NCBI RefSeq assembly: GCF_018350175.1
Contig: NC_058368.1
Location: forward strand, 140,866,001-140,930,000
Origin: Felis catus
Lineage: Eukaryota
Direction: 5' to 3'
Length of the DNA stretch: 64,000 bases
Shown here: positions 1-13,204 of the stretch, piece after piece
Layout of the letters: every line of letters starts with the position of its first letter
How positions within the stretch are numbered: the first letter of the stretch is position 1
Program-made: the position numbers and the translations under genes
The notes under the pieces: generated by a model
Told to the model about the DNA's origin: nothing
What the model saw: only the letters and a program-made list of their open reading frames with translations
Database searches by the model: none

Positions 1-185
1 CAGGTGCCCCGAGAGTTTCCTTCCAAGAGGTGGCCTGCTATGCAGTCATTATGTTTTCGAAGAACATTTATTTTGATGGAGCTGTCTACTCTCGGATACC
101 AACATTAATAGTTGATATCGTTTTCAATTGGATCTTTAAAAATAGTGCTTCAGCATGAGTTTTTAAGGTTTAAAGTTTCTGTTTC

Positions 186-613
186 TGTAGCTAGGTCACA
201 GGGGTGAAAAGCACCTGGCTCTGGGGGTCCCACACATACCAGGTTGGGCCACTAGCCGCTGACAAAATGCAAAGTCAGAGTCACAAGCGGTGGAGAAACA
301 AGAGAGGAATTAATTTCAATGAAGCCAACACCGGGAAGTCAAGGGAGTAGCTTCTGAAAGGCTGTCTCCAAAGTGCTGAAAATACTTTCCGGTTTATATA
401 AGGAGAATGTGGGACAGGGGTTGGTGGGTACATGCCGGTGGGCAGTGAAGGTGTAAACCAATCATTGTCTTGGGGGTTGTGAAGTCGGCATGGTTTTACT
501 GGCTGAGAGCAGTCCTTAATAAGAGAATAATTATAAGAGAACTTAATAAGATAATCAGAGAACCTAATTAGAAAGTTTGAGGTCAAAATGAAAGTCATTA
601 AAGCCCTCTTTCA
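186..613 (-). mobile_element. Solo ERV LTR (ERV1-like, 4-bp TSD)
   Basis: Starts TG (186-187) and ends CA (612-613), flanked by TTTC at 182-185 and 614-617; minus-strand TATA-like CCTTATATAAACC at 391-403; 428 bp. Confidence 0.65.
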
Positions 614-1225
614 TTTCTACTTGCTATTTTTCATTTTCTTTATCCCAATCAGGAAGGGAAGGGTTCCCTTACAAAGGGAAGGTCTGAGATGGGATGGAAA
701 GCAACAGCTGCCTGGAAACCACTTCCCTTTCTAGCTTTTTGTTTTCAAGAGCCCGAGCCACTGAGGCAATTATGTGAGGTGCCTACAAGGAAAATACATG
801 TCAAGGGAAAGGAATTATCCCTAAGGAAAGGATTTCCTCTGAGACTAAAAGAAGACTTCCTGAGCTCTGGAGGAAAGGGAGAGGTTTGTGGTTTCCGAGG
901 AGTGCAAGCCTCACAGTGTTCACGTGACCTCTCTCTAGGGGTCTCTTCTGATATCTAACCTTGTCTCAGCGTCCCCATCTTTGATATTTATCACTCCTGG
1001 AGGTGGGTGATCAGCTAAGTATGCACTCTGGGTTTCTACCGTCTCTTCTGAGTCTTCTAATGTGTTCTCCAACTTTCCTTTGGAATATAACATCTGTTGT
1101 CTTGAGACCTCAACCAGAATTCTAACTGGGTACATGTACCTTGAAAAAAGACTGGAAGGAAGCCCACTAAGGTGTTCACTATGATGGTGGCATTATAGGC
1201 AATTTTAATATTTTCTTTGTACTTC

Positions 1226-1408
1226 GGGGGAACCTAGGCGGCTCAGTCGGTTAAGGGTCAGACTTCTGCTCAGGTCATGATCTCATGGTTTGTGGGTTCG
1301 AATCCCTCATTGGGCTCTCTGCTTTGAGCACAGAGCCTGCTTCAGATCCTCTGTCCCTCTCTCTCTGCCCTTACCCCCCACTCTCTGTCTCAAAAAAAAG
1401 TCCTTAGA
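1226..1408 (+). mobile_element. Can-SINE (tRNA-derived)
   Basis: GGCTCAGTCGG A-box, GTTCGAATCC B-box, CT-rich region, A tail; TSD AATATTTTCTTTGTACTT on both sides. Confidence 0.9.
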
Positions 1409-1636
1409 AATATTTTCTTTGTACTTTCATCTAATTGCTGGTGTTTTAACAATGAACAATAATCAGAAAACAGTGCTTCGTTATTTATTTGTATTAGAGA
1501 ATTCCTGCTATTCTAGCTTTACATACCTGTATTCCTCCCATACTGCCGGCTTACTAAAATGTCTTTTTCTCTGAGACCACTTCCTCAGCTACGCTGTGCT
1601 CTTGTAACATTCCGCTCTGTACTATCTTACTTTCCT

Positions 1637-1866
1637 CCCTCCCTCCCTTCCTCCCTCCCTTCCTTCCTTCCTTCCAAGTGTTTTATTTTGAGAGAGAGAG
1701 AGAGCAAGCTGGGGAGGGCAGAGGGAAGGGGACAGAGAATCCCAGGCAAGCTCCTCGCTGTCCGCACAGAGCCCCAGGCAGGGCTCAAATCCACGAACCC
1801 ACGAGATCATGACCTGAGCCAAAACCAAGAGTCAGACTCTCAACGGACTGAGCCACCCAGGACCCC
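1637..1866 (-). mobile_element. Can-SINE with tail decayed to (CCTT)n
   Basis: Reverse-complement SINE body ending GAGCCACCCAGGACCCC; flanking CTTACTTT repeats. Confidence 0.85.
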
Positions 1867-2854
1867 AGCCTTACTTTTCTTTCTAACCCTAGGACCTGTC
1901 ACGGCACCAACCAATCAGAGAAGTTAAGCACATGCTTTTTTAAGTGAATCTGTCTTGAGAATGCCTAGGATTTCCTTTATTCACTTCATCACCATTAGAA
2001 AGCTTTCTGCTGGGCAGTTACATTGCCAACCAAATAATAGAGCCATCTGCCCCTTTGTTGACCGAGAGCCAGTTACCATGTGCTGGTCCCTGGAGTTCCA
2101 CAGGGATAAATAAGAGCTGATTTTTTAAAAGGGATTTTTGGCAAAAACCTAGCAACAGTTCCCAAATGGTAGTAATTTGGTCATCACATATTATCGAGTA
2201 CTATCGAAGAAAGTTAAGGTCCAAGAACATTTTAAAACCCCTGATACCCACTTAAGCAGTTTCACTTTTAGAGGCTCTCTCTTCATACGTTAACATGTGC
2301 TTACAACCTTGGGAAATGAATACATTTTGCAAATCATGTGAGGGCGTTAGTATTGACCACAGATGCATCTGACATTCCATTTATTAGCGTGTAGTGAAAA
2401 CTTTTGGGGGGGGTGGTGGGGGGGGGAGATCATTTAAAAACAAACAAAAAACATCCCAGAATTTAAAAAGGGTGGTGCGTGCTGATTACTTCCTACTCCT
2501 CCCTCCCCACTCTCTCTCCCCAATCCTGATGGCCACTGACCCATCACTTTTGCCTTTTCTAGCATGTCATATAAATGGAATCATACACTATATAGCGTTT
2601 GAGTGGCTTTTTGCACTTAGCAGAACACATTTAAGATTCATGGTTTTGTCTCTATCAGTAATTTGTTCTTTTTTATTGTTGAATAGTCTTTTTTGTTACA
2701 GATTGTACCACAATTTCTTTATTCACCAATTGAAGGACGTGTGGACTATTTATAGATTTTTGTATGGACATAAATTTTCCTATCTCCTGTACCTAAAAGG
2801 GGCTTGCTGGGATATTTGGTATTATAGATTTCTTTTCTTAACGATTTTATTTTT

Positions 2855-3071
2855 TTTAAATTTTTTTTCAACGTTTATTTATTTTTGAGACAGAGAGAGA
2901 CAGAGCATGAACGGGGGAGGGGCAGAGAGAGAGGGAGACACAGAATCGGAAACAGGCTCCAGGCTCTGAGCCATCAGCCCAGAGCCCGACGCAGGGCTCG
3001 AACTCACAGACCACGAGATCGTGACCTGGCTGAAGTCGGACGCTTAACCGACTGCGCCACCCAGGTGCCCC
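2855..3071 (-). mobile_element. Young feline SINEC_Fc-type element nested in the tail of an older SINE
   Basis: Near-consensus, CpG-retaining body; TSD TTAA(C/A)GATTTTATTTTT at 2838-2854 and 3072-3088. Confidence 0.9.
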
Positions 3072-3178
3072 TTAAAGATTTTATTTTTAAGTAACGTCTA
3101 CACCCAGTGTGGGACTTGAACCCACAACCCTGCAGTCAAGAGTCACACGCTCCACTGACTGAGCTTGCCAGGTGCCCC
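3072..3178 (-). mobile_element. Short-type Can-SINE (no CT tract)
   Basis: AAGATTTTATTTTTAAGTAA..CTACACCCAGTGTGGG..CCAGGTGCCCC; outer TSD ATTATAGATTT. Confidence 0.8.
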
Positions 3179-3245
3179 TGGGATTATAGATTTTTTATTT
3201 TTAGCCTTTCTAATAGGTGTGAAGTGATATCTCACTGTCACTTTA

Positions 3246-3329
3246 CTTTTTTAAAAAAATAATTTTAAAAAATATTTATTTATTTATTTTGAGAGAGACT
3301 GTGCACATGAGCATGAGCAGGGGAGGGGC

Positions 3330-3377
<48 letters not shown>

Positions 3378-3491
3378 TCCCACATAGGCTCACTGCTGCA
3401 GCGTGGGGCTCAAACCCACAAACTGTGAGATCATGACCTGAGCCAAAACCAAGAGTTGCACCCTTAACCAACTAAGCCACCCAGGCACCCC
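3246..3491 (-). mobile_element. Can-SINE
   Basis: T-rich tail, (GA)n tract, GAGATCATGACCTGAGCC, GCCACCCAGGCACCCC. Confidence 0.9.
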
Positions 3492-4854
3492 TCATGGTGG
3501 TTTTAATTTGCATTTTGCCACTGACTAATGATATTAAGTACCTTTTATATATTTGTTTGCCAATCTATATGTCTTCTTTGGTGAAGTGTCTTTTCAAATC
3601 TTTGGCCCATTAAAAAAAGTTGGTTGCTTATGTTTTTATTCTTGAATTCTGGGACTTCTTTATATGGTCTAGATTCTAAGACCTTTGTCAAAATCGTGTG
3701 AATATTTTTGTGTGAATATTTCTCCCTTTCCTTTCTCTTAACATTATCTTCCCCTGGGCAGAAAATTTTAATTTTTAAAGAAGCCAAGTTTATCATTTTT
3801 AAAAAATGGATCATGCTTTTGATACTGTATCCAAATAGTCTTTGCCTAACGCAGTGGTTTTTGAGTGGAAGACAACCCTCCTGCCCCAAATATTTGGCAA
3901 GGTTAATTCCTAAAAGTGGAATCGATTTTTTGTGTGTCGAAGATATTTATATTTAAATGTCTTATTTACGGTCTCGAATTTCCGTCCAAAACCTCTGTGC
4001 CAACTTATACTCCCAACATCTTCATGTGAGCCTTTTCTCCGTACCTTCAGCAACATTGCATACTATCCATAACTTTATTTTTTGTCAGAACAATAGGCTT
4101 TTTATTTTGTGCTTTAAATTTTGTGACTGTTTTGGAGTTTCTTTTTATGTTTTTTTTTCCCCCTTGAAATGCACATCTCCCTTCAGTTGGCATTAGAAGT
4201 TGATTCCACTGCTAAGACTTCTTCCCACAGTGCTTTTCTTCCCTGGGATCTGCCTAACTTGGAAGGAACATGCCTGCCTACCTTCCATGAAAGTCTGTGC
4301 ATCTTGAGTGTAATGGGATGCTACTTCTCTCTTCAATGCAGAGCGGAAATAGTCACCGGAAGCAACATAAACTACAGTCAGTGTGCCCAATTTAGATGTT
4401 ACAGTAATCAGCAAGAAACATACTACACAACCATTGGCTGGATTTCAAGGGCCTGTGTGGGCCTGTGATGTCAGGAAGTTCCTGAATGCTCATCAAGGGC
4501 TAAAGAAAGTGGAAAATGTCTTTGAAAAGCATGACTCTCTGGAGGGGGTCTGCCTGGAATAGTACTGGCTGTCTCAGGCTACGCCTAGCCCTTGGGGGCT
4601 TCGGAGCAAGCTGCTCCCCCTGATAAATTGCAGAGGGGGCAGCGAGGAAGTATCGGCAGCTTGTCAGCACTGCAGTATGAAGAGCGAGTGTGAAATGGAT
4701 TCGCTGATTTTACCTTGAAATTCACAACTGCCACAATAACACCTTTTGCCATTTCTCCTTACGGAAGTAATATAAGTTTATTTTCGGGGGGGAGGGGGGA
4801 TATGAACATTTTCTTTTTTAAAAAAATGCCATTATCACATGTAAAAACTTCTTT

Positions 4855-4935
4855 TAAGCTTATTTTTTTTTAATTAATCTCATGACCCCGAGATCAAGAG
4901 TCAGACGCTCTTCTGACTAAGCCAGCCAGGCACCG
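4855..4935 (-). mobile_element. Short Can-SINE fragment
   Basis: CCCCGAGATCAAGAGTCAGACGCTCTTCTGACTAAGCCAGCCAGGCACC. Confidence 0.75.
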
Positions 4936-5749
4936 CGTCACCCCTGAAAACTATTCTGTAGTAACATCTAATACTCCACTCAAAATCACATGTTCACAAT
5001 TGTTTCAAAATACCTCTTCTTGTACTTTATTTGTTTGAATTAGAAACCAAACAAGAACCACAAGTTACATTGGGTTGAGTCTCTTAAGTCTGCTCACTCC
5101 TCAGGAGCCCCCTCTCATTTTCCCCCCTCTGCCCATGTTGCCGAAACCAGGAGGTCCTGGGGAAAGCCCCACATTCTGGATTTTTCTCTTTGCTTCCTCG
5201 TAGTTTTATTTAATTGGTTCCGCTATGGCTACATTTCCATTCGGTGCAAGTGAGCTTGGGAGCCTTGATGAGAGTCCAGTTGGACGGTCATTGAAAGCAT
5301 TTCGCTGGTGGGGCTGTGGAGTCCACTTGGCGCCAGGCGCCTTGTAAAGCCTGGTTGCCCGCTTTCAGAGCCTAACTGGCCTGGGCCACACCGTCCAGAT
5401 GGTGGCTGGAGGGCAGTGCCGTGACACATGCGAAGTACTCTCCCACTCGTGGTGGTTCCTCTTCCAGGCTCTGAGTGCCTCACTCAGCAGTGCAGAACCA
5501 GACTTTGCTTTGAGATGGGGGTGTGGTTTCCTTATCCAGCTCACAAAGCCAGCATAGCCCCATCAGAGGCAAGCTGTTTCCTACGGCCTGGCGATTCAGT
5601 GTGTGCGGACCAGCAGGGGCAGCAACAGCCGCTGAAAGCTTACTGGAAATGCAGAAATTCTTACCCTAGAATGACTGAAGCAGAACATATATTAAAAATT
5701 TTTTTTTCTGTTGAGGTAAAGTGCACATAATCTTTGCCACTTTTACCAT

Positions 5750-5859
5750 TCTATTTTATGTCTTATTTTACGTAATCTCTACCCCCACCATGGGGTTCGA
5801 ACTCACGACCCGGAAATCAAGAGTCACGTGCTCTTCTGACTGAGCCAGCCAGGCGCCCC
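5750..5859 (-). mobile_element. Short-type Can-SINE inside a MER5-like element
   Basis: GTAATCTCTAC..GGGGTTCGAACTCACGACCC..GAGCCAGCCAGGCGCCCC; flanked by MER5-like GAAATGCAGAAATTC and TTTGAGAAGTGCTG. Confidence 0.75.
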
Positions 5860-6423
5860 TCAAGACGTGCATTTTAACGATGTTCTCAGGTGATAAGCTT
5901 GCACTTCAAAATTTGAGAAGTGCTGGCCTAGAGGTCCCCAGATAAGCTAGGAATGGACGAGAGAGATGATAGCCCTTTAAGACTGCATGTTTGAAGAAAA
6001 GAAGAAGAGAGGGAGGGAGGTGATGGTGTTTTTTATAACCTAATCTCAGAGGTGGCATACCATCACATTTGCCACGTTCTACCTTCACACACTAACCCTG
6101 TGACTGTGTGGGCAGGGATTACACATGGGTGTGAACACCAGGAGGTGGGGCCATCTTGTAGACTCACCAACACAGCAGTACCCATCACCCAGGCTTCTGT
6201 CTTGTTGAGGAGGGAGGGGGACTTGCCGCTGGGAACAGCGGAACCCTGACGTCCCCCATCCTATTCCAGGAGCACCAGGTTTGGCTTATTGTGTCCAGGC
6301 TCTTAGCTTGCTCTCCTGGTATCCCGACTCCGTCCCCCTTGTGCTTCCGTTGCATTTGCGTAATTTGTTCTCAACTTCCCATTTCCCACAAGTGCTGCTG
6401 TTCTTTAAGGTTATAGGTTTCCT

Positions 6424-6616
6424 TTTATTTTATTTATTTCTTTTGAGAGAGTGAGTAGGGAAGAGGCAGAGGGAGGGAGGGAGAGAGAATCCCAAGCAGG
6501 CTCCACACTGTCAGCGGAAGAGCCCCACGTGGGGCTTAGTCTCACCCACCTGGGATCATGACCTGAGCTGAAATCCAGAGTCAGACGCTTAACCAACTGA
6601 GCCACCCCAGTGCCCC
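6424..6616 (-). mobile_element. Can-SINE
   Basis: SINE body; TSD TAGGTTTCCTTT on both sides. Confidence 0.9.
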
Positions 6617-7467
6617 TAGGTTTCCTTTTAATTAACTCATTCAGACATATACTGCTTGTCATAGGAGGAACTTAATGGCTAACAGTAATAAATCATGTAA
6701 TATAAAATTATATAAAAACATACAGGTACTATATACTTTGAAAGTTCTGCAGACAGTTCCATTCAGAATATGGAATTGTGACAGCCAGGCTATAGAGGGA
6801 AGCCTCAAGGTGAAAGGTCACTAGGGGTAGCAGGAGATGATTTAGGCACCGGACAGTGGAGACATGTGGTTTTTTTTTAAAAGAGCAATAAGTAAAATTT
6901 ACCTGGTGTCCTACCCTGCCATGCTAGCCTAGTTGCAGATATTAGAGTGATAGAATGAGCCCATCTGGTGGGTGACAAGTTCAGAGCTGCGATTCATTGC
7001 CACGAGGGTGGGTAGTCCTGGCTGCCAAGGAGAAACCAATAATACTCCAGGAAGACGCATTTATGTTTGTTCCACCAGAAAGGAAATACAAAACAGTTCA
7101 ATTTTCTCCAACATTTAGGTAATGTGTTTGGGGGGCAAGGTGACAGTGGTAGTTCATCAGGGGAGCTGGGAAGGACCGAGGGAGTGAGCGGGACTGAAAG
7201 TTAGCCCTCGCTCCACTGTCTGCATCGCTGGGGAGCTGCCACAGGACCTGCAAGAAAGGTCAGGAGACCTGGGGCTGAAGAGAGGCTCCAGGGAGAACTA
7301 GGTGTGAAACTTAACACCCACCTGTGTGGATATGGGTGGAACAGGCTAAGTGGCAGAGATGGAAAAAGGACAGAGTGGTCCTAGAGCAAGAGAAAGCTGA
7401 GACAGCAGAGGAGAGCTGGATGACGGGGGTGCTGGAGAGAGAGCGAGCTGATGAAACCAGATTGAAT

Positions 7468-7689
7468 GGGGCGCCTGGGTGGCTCAGTCAGTTAAACGTC
7501 CGATTTCGGCTCAGGTCATGATCTCACAGTTCATGGGTTCGACCCCTGCATCGGGCTCTATGCTGACAGCTTAGAGCCTGGAGCCTGCTTCGGATTCTGT
7601 GTCTCCCTCGCTCTCTGCCCCTCCCCTGCTCATGTTGTGTCTCTCTCTTTCTCTCAACAATAAACATTAAAAAAAATTTTTTTTTTAAA
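7468..7689 (+). mobile_element. Can-SINE (SINEC_Fc-type)
   Basis: GGGGCGCCTGGGTGGCTCAGTCAG start; TSD GAAACCAGATTGAA. Confidence 0.92.
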
Positions 7690-8199
7690 GAAACCAGATT
7701 GAAATTCTCTTCTTAAGATTAGTAACAGTTTCCAGATCAAGGTGGTAGAGTCAGCTTTCCAAAATGGAAAGGAAAAGATTCCCCCTGAAGAGTTGCAAAG
7801 CAATCTGGTTTACGATTTTGTTTTCTTAGAAATTTCCAAGGTAAATACAAGAAATTTCCATGGTAGGTATTCTCTCTACCAGCTTCCTTGTTGTTGTTCC
7901 TCTGAATGTTCTGCTATTGCCTTCCATGTGTGTAAGTTAAGATAGTGTCTAAATACTCAATGGCTTGGGCAACTGCCCTGATTCAGTGTGTTTGTGATTC
8001 TCTAAGACACGTGTGGATTGAAGACTTTGCTGCTTTCTTCTTATACTAATAGCAGGAAGAATGAGACGTTAGGACCCAAAGCAAAGATGCCGACCCACAA
8101 GAAGTGAAATGTGCAGATAGTGTCTTTGTCCAGAGAGCCCCAAAGCAAGTGGTGTTTGAGTCTCTGAGGACCTTTCACGTTCTGGATGAGATTATTCTA

Positions 8200-9050
8200 A
8201 AGCCTATGCTCCTCATCCTGGCTTCCAAAGCCCCTGTGATGATCTTGCTCCTTAGTTTCCTCTCTACCCTCCCTTCACATCATGTTCCCCTGGGCTCTGG
8301 TCATCTGGCCCCTTTCTGGGGCTGAGGGGACAGTCAGGGATGCCAAGCTGTGCTCTCCCTCTGCCCAGACCTTTGTATGGTTGGCTCCTTCTCATCCTTC
8401 TCATCTCTGTTCAGATGTCACCTCCTCAGTGAGGCTGTTCTGATCTCTTCTCCGAAGGACCCTCTACCAAACCCTCTTGGCCCTATTCCTTGTTTTATCT
8501 TCATTGCACTTCTAGTATCAGAAATTGGTTTATGTGATTGATCATGAATTTCTGCTATGGACTGAACGTCTGTGTGCCCCCCAAATTCATATGTTGAAGC
8601 CCTACTTCCCAGTGTGATGGCATTGGGAGGCGGGGCCTTTGGGGGGTAGTGAGGTCGTGAAGGTAGAGCCCTCATGATGGGATTTGTGCCCTTATAAGAA
8701 GACACAAGAGAGAAATGATCTCTCTCTCTCTCTCTCTTCTGAGGACACAGCAAGAAGGCGTCTGTCCGTAAACCAGAAAGAGGGCTCTCACTAGAACTCA
8801 ACCATGCTGCAACCCTAATCTTGGACTTACAGCTTGCAGAACTGAGAAATAAATGTCTCTTGTTTAAGCCCCCCTGTCTATGGTGTTTATTAGAGCAGCC
8901 TGACTAAGAGGCTCTGTCTTCACCCGACTGTGAGAGGTCCAGGAGAACAGACCTGAGTTGGCCTTGTTTCCTGCTCTTTTCGTCAGCATCTAGCACAATG
9001 CATAGCACTTAGTACATGCTCAAAATGATTCACTGAAAGCATTGTGAATG
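8200..9050 (+). mobile_element. L2-like 3' fragment interrupted by a MaLR LTR
   Basis: TTCAGATGTCACCTCCTCAGTGAGGC and CATCTAGCACAATGCATAGCACTTAGTACATGCTCAAAA resemble L2 3' ends. Confidence 0.55.
8553..8910 (+). mobile_element. MaLR LTR (MLT1A-like)
   Basis: TGCTATGGACTGAA..CCAAATTCATATGTTGAAGCCCTA..GCCCTTATAAGA..GAGAAATAAATGTCT..TGACTAAGA. Confidence 0.8.
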
Positions 9051-11475
9051 GTGAAGAGTTCCAAGTCTCAGTCAGGCTGCCCCTTCATCCCCTTTACATT
9101 TAAATCCCTCCTGGTCCCAAGTTAGGCCTCCCCGATCACTCTCAACGAGTCTTTGTTACCAAGTCGTTCACCACAAAGGTTCAGCCTAGTTAATGACCCT
9201 TCTGATGGTGGCTTAGGCTCTTGAAGGAAACCGTTGGAAAATTATAAAAGAAAATCCGGAGAGTATTTGGAGAAGGAAGATGTGAGATAAGTATTTGAAT
9301 TTTAACATACAAAATGACAGGTGTACAAAGGGGGGGATATAGGGAGGTGAGGACTGACCATTTGTTATGGTCGGGCCTTGTCCCTAGGTTAGCCCCCTGC
9401 TGTGACGCTGTACCCACGTTGTGAAGTGAGAATTTGTACTATTTTACAGAGAGGCAAACTGAGGCTCAAAACAGTAATACAAATTTGTCGGGATCGTATG
9501 TAGCTAATGTGGAGAAGCCTGGCTTCGGGCTGATGTCCGGCTGACTCCAAGCCTGTGTGTGTGTGTGTGTTTCCCCCTTCCCACACCCTTGCCCTCTCTG
9601 GTCTAAGGACAGGGCAGGGAAGATGGGGTGCCGACATGACACAGGTGTTACAAGACCCCTGGGAAACCAGACTGAACGCCCCCCTGCTCTCACCATCTAT
9701 GTTGATTTCAAATACCCTTTAGAATTACCTGAGTCAGAACCGCCTCCTCGGTTTGGAAACAAAGGGTCTAATTCACTGTCATTTTTACACAATGAGACCT
9801 CCACAAATTATAGCTTTTTGGTCTTTCAGCCACAAAGGAAACAGGGACTGTAACTGGGCCATCAATAATCCCCCCTGTGCAGAGGAGGCGGACGTATAAG
9901 CAACAGAAGGTGCCTGAGATTTCACAACTCGATTGCTTCCTGAGTAATCTTTACTTGGCTGAGTTAAATGTAAGTGTTGTCGTGCCCGTGGCTTCAGAGC
10001 CCATTTTGAAAATGAGATAGTGCATCTTCAGGGTGGGAGAGAGAGTCCTTTGTCCCTCCTGTCGTATTTTATGGCATAACAACAGAGGCTCTACAGAGTA
10101 GCTGGGGCGGGAACGGGAGCCACTTCTAGCGGCCGCTTTCTTTCTGAGATAGCGAACTGTCCGAGCCACATGCAGCTTCCAGTTCCCCTTCTAAAATGCT
10201 AGAGGATGAGCTGTGGCAGGGCAGATGCAGCTCAGGTTCTGTTAAAATCAAGAGCTCTTTGCACGTCCATGTGGGGCTCTCTGGTCTGCAAACTCCCAGT
10301 GTCACTCACCAGGTCACAAGCCATTTAGCTCGCTCCTGCTCCCGTGTCACCTTCCCTAATGGAGTCTGAGCCACGGTAGGAGGCCACCTTGTTGATGGAC
10401 ACCCCAGAGAGAAAATTACAGGGCCACAAATGTGCAATGAAAGCTCCTAGCTAGACAATGCTCCCAACACAAGGAAGTTTGGTCTTTGAATTATATATTC
10501 ACCCCAGCTGTTTACATGTCAGGCAGAAAACAGATGCATATTGCACTTTTTTGCTGAAGAGAGATCTTGAGTGGGGCCTGTGGGTGTGTATGCCCACTTT
10601 GCCTGGAAACTTCTTCACTAATACAGGGAAATATGCCAATCCCCTTCTACGAAAGGAAGGGGGTGCAATTAATAGAAAGCACCAGAAACAGAGGAAAGGA
10701 AAAGAAGAAGATATGTATATGCCTTAATGTGAAGAGGCAAATGGGGATAAAAACAGCTTGCGTGTCAGCACCCTAAGATTCTGCCGCCACCTGTTGCTGG
10801 CCTGCTTTCCCTAGAGCATTGCAAGGCACTGGTGGCAAACACATCTTCTATTTCCACTCAGAGTCATTTTTCCTTTGTAAATCAGAGAAGTCTGAGAGCT
10901 AGAAAAGACCCAGCAACCTCCCCATCTAGCATTTCCTAAATTCTCCTGTAGAGCAGAGTCATTTGTGAGGTCCGCCCTGGACTCTGCCAGCATTTCTGGA
11001 GCACTGGCTGGGCTCTGTCTGTTGAGCAAGCTCCCTTCTCATTCCTCAGCTTCCACGGGTCTCGTGACCTGCCTAGTGCAAGTCTGAATTTTACAAAGGA
11101 GGAAGCTGAGGTCCACAGAAGTGACACACCCCAAGGCACAGCAGAGCGGGGACTGAGCTCAGCTCTGAAGCACATTAAAACTTAATCTCACTTAATTTCC
11201 ATAGTAAGTAGGCACAGATCTCACAGTGTGGACTTCAGGGATACGGAGTTGCAGATTTACGTTGTTTACAGCAGGAGGCAGTTTGGATCAACGCCCCTCC
11301 CTGTTCAGTCTGCAGCAAGAAATTCTTTACCAAGCTCCTAACAGAAAACAACTCTGAAAATTCCTGATTAGTACGTCAGCTGAGGTGACTTGAACTTTAT
11401 CTTTAGCTCATAACTCTATTGAACATAACAAATCTCTGTTCTATTGATCACTGTATCTGACTCACCGCTGTTACA

Positions 11476-11702
11476 TTTTTTTAATGTTTATTTATTTTTG
11501 AGACAGAGAGAGACAGAGCATGAGTGCGGGAGGGGCAGAGAGAGAGGGAGACACAGAATCCGAAGCAGGCTCCAGGCTCCGAGCTGTCAGCACAGAGCCC
11601 GAAGCGGGGCTCGAACCGATGCAGGGCTCAAACTCATGAACCGTGAGGTCATGACCTGAGCCAAAGTCAGACGCTTAACCGACTGAGCCACCCGGGTGCC
11701 CC
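11476..11702 (-). mobile_element. Can-SINE with duplicated B-box segment
   Basis: SINE body; TSD CTCACC(G/A)CTG; tandem 17-18 bp duplication at 11599-11633. Confidence 0.9.
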
Positions 11703-12147
11703 TCACCACTGATATTTTTGAGCAATTGTCTGAAGTATGCTTGAAGTGAAGGGGGGGATCTAGGGAGAACAGAGTTTGTGGTCCTACAATATCCTGGCAT
11801 ACTACCAGTCTGGGGAATGCTTTAGGAGCCCACTAGAGGAGATATTTTTAAAAAAATACAGTGTGGCAGGCTTTTTGTGGAAATTGATACCCAAGTTATT
11901 TCAGGGGCAGCTTTGAGAACTGGACAGGGATGTGTAAAGTTCAGAGCTTCCTTGCCTGAAGCTGTCAGCAGGCAACTGACTGAGATCTGCACACTTACAG
12001 AAATCATAAAAAAGCAGAGTAAGTCTGATTGATCTTTAAAGGGGCCTCTTTGGGTCCCTTCAGTGATGATTTGTGATCTGTGATGGAGAATCAGTTGTAG
12101 ACTCAGTTATATTAATGTGTTTTCTGCCTAAGATGTTAGTTTAAAAT

Positions 12148-12215
12148 CTTTCTTTCTCTTCCTTCCTTCCTTCCTTCCTTCCTTCCTTCCTTCCTTCCTT
12201 CCTTCCTTCCTTTCT
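12148..12215. repeat. (CCTT)n microsatellite
   Basis: About 13 perfect TTCC units. Confidence 0.95.
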
Positions 12216-12863
12216 TTTGGTACAAACCTATAGTTTCTGCATTTATCCTTAGTAGAGTCAAAAGAATCCCCAAATTTACAGAACTTAAATTGATGTTAAC
12301 TTATATTTTTGCACATAGATAATATTCCATTTGTGGACTTGAAGTGAGGTCAAGAGGCTGTTCAGAAGTCAGAAGGAGTGGGTTTGAAACCTATGAACTC
12401 ACTGGTTGCACATAAAGAGTAAGACAAGAGAGACAAGCAAATCCCCAATTTACAGGGTACTTGTGCTTTTTGCGGAGACAGTGGCATTTCATGAGGAGTG
12501 ATTTGTGCGAGGCTGGAAAGCCCTCCAAACCCACACGGATGCCTTAAACTCAAAGTAATTTATTCCCTTTATGGTTACGTACTCTGAGCTCCTCCTTGGC
12601 AATTCCATTAACTCCTGAGAGAGGAACACAGTCCTTAGCTACACTGTGTCTGTTTCTCAGGCAGAGAAGGAGTAGAGGCAGGGACCAGCATGGGTTGAAG
12701 TCTGTTTTGTACCTGGAAGAGATATAAAGTTTCCAGCATATTACCTCAGTAGGTCCTCTCAACAACTCAGAGAAGTAGGTGGGATTATCACCCCTTTACA
12801 GATTATCCCCAGACACAGGAAGGTGAATAAATTGCCCTGAGTTGCACAGCTAGAGGGTGGCAT

Positions 12864-13204
12864 TGTTTTAGTTAGCTGAGCTTAAACAAAACACATTTAT
12901 TTCTCACTGGTTTGGAGTTTGAGAAGACCAAGATCACAGTGGTAGCAGATTTGGTTCCTGACGTGGGCCTACTTCCTTGTTCATAAATAGCTGTCTTCTG
13001 TCTCCTCCCAGGTCCAGGGGGAGAAAAAGCACACTCTGGTCTCTCTTCCTCTTATAAGGACACTAATCCGTCATACAGACCCCACCCTCGTGACCTCATG
13101 TAAATAATCACCACCCAAAGGCCCCACCTGTAAATACCATCACATTGGGGAGTAGGGCTTCAACATATTAATTTGGGGGGGATAAAAACCTTTTATTCAT
13201 AGCA
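12864..13204 (-). mobile_element. MaLR LTR (MLT1A/MST-like)
   Basis: CATTTATTTCTCAC..CTTATAAGGACACTAATCC..GGGCTTCAACATAT..CATAGCA. Confidence 0.75.

Larger units (their letters stand above)
2500..3850 (-). mobile_element. Old L1 3' fragment interrupted by three SINEs
   Basis: Typical L1 3' motifs (CATATAAATGGAATCATAC, GGTTTTAATTTGCATTT, GTGAAGTGTCTTTTCAAATCTTTGGCCCAT) resume after each SINE. Confidence 0.7.

Noticed and set aside
2885..3094. Recurrent 'RQRETEHERGRGRERGRHRI' and 'AQSVKRPTSAQVMIS' ORFs (also at 11444, 40812, 42173, 50318)
   Set aside because: Translations of Can-SINE consensus sequence, not a gene family.
7468..7550. tRNA-like A/B-box sequences
   Set aside because: Heads of tRNA-derived SINEs followed by CT tract and A tail; not tRNA genes.
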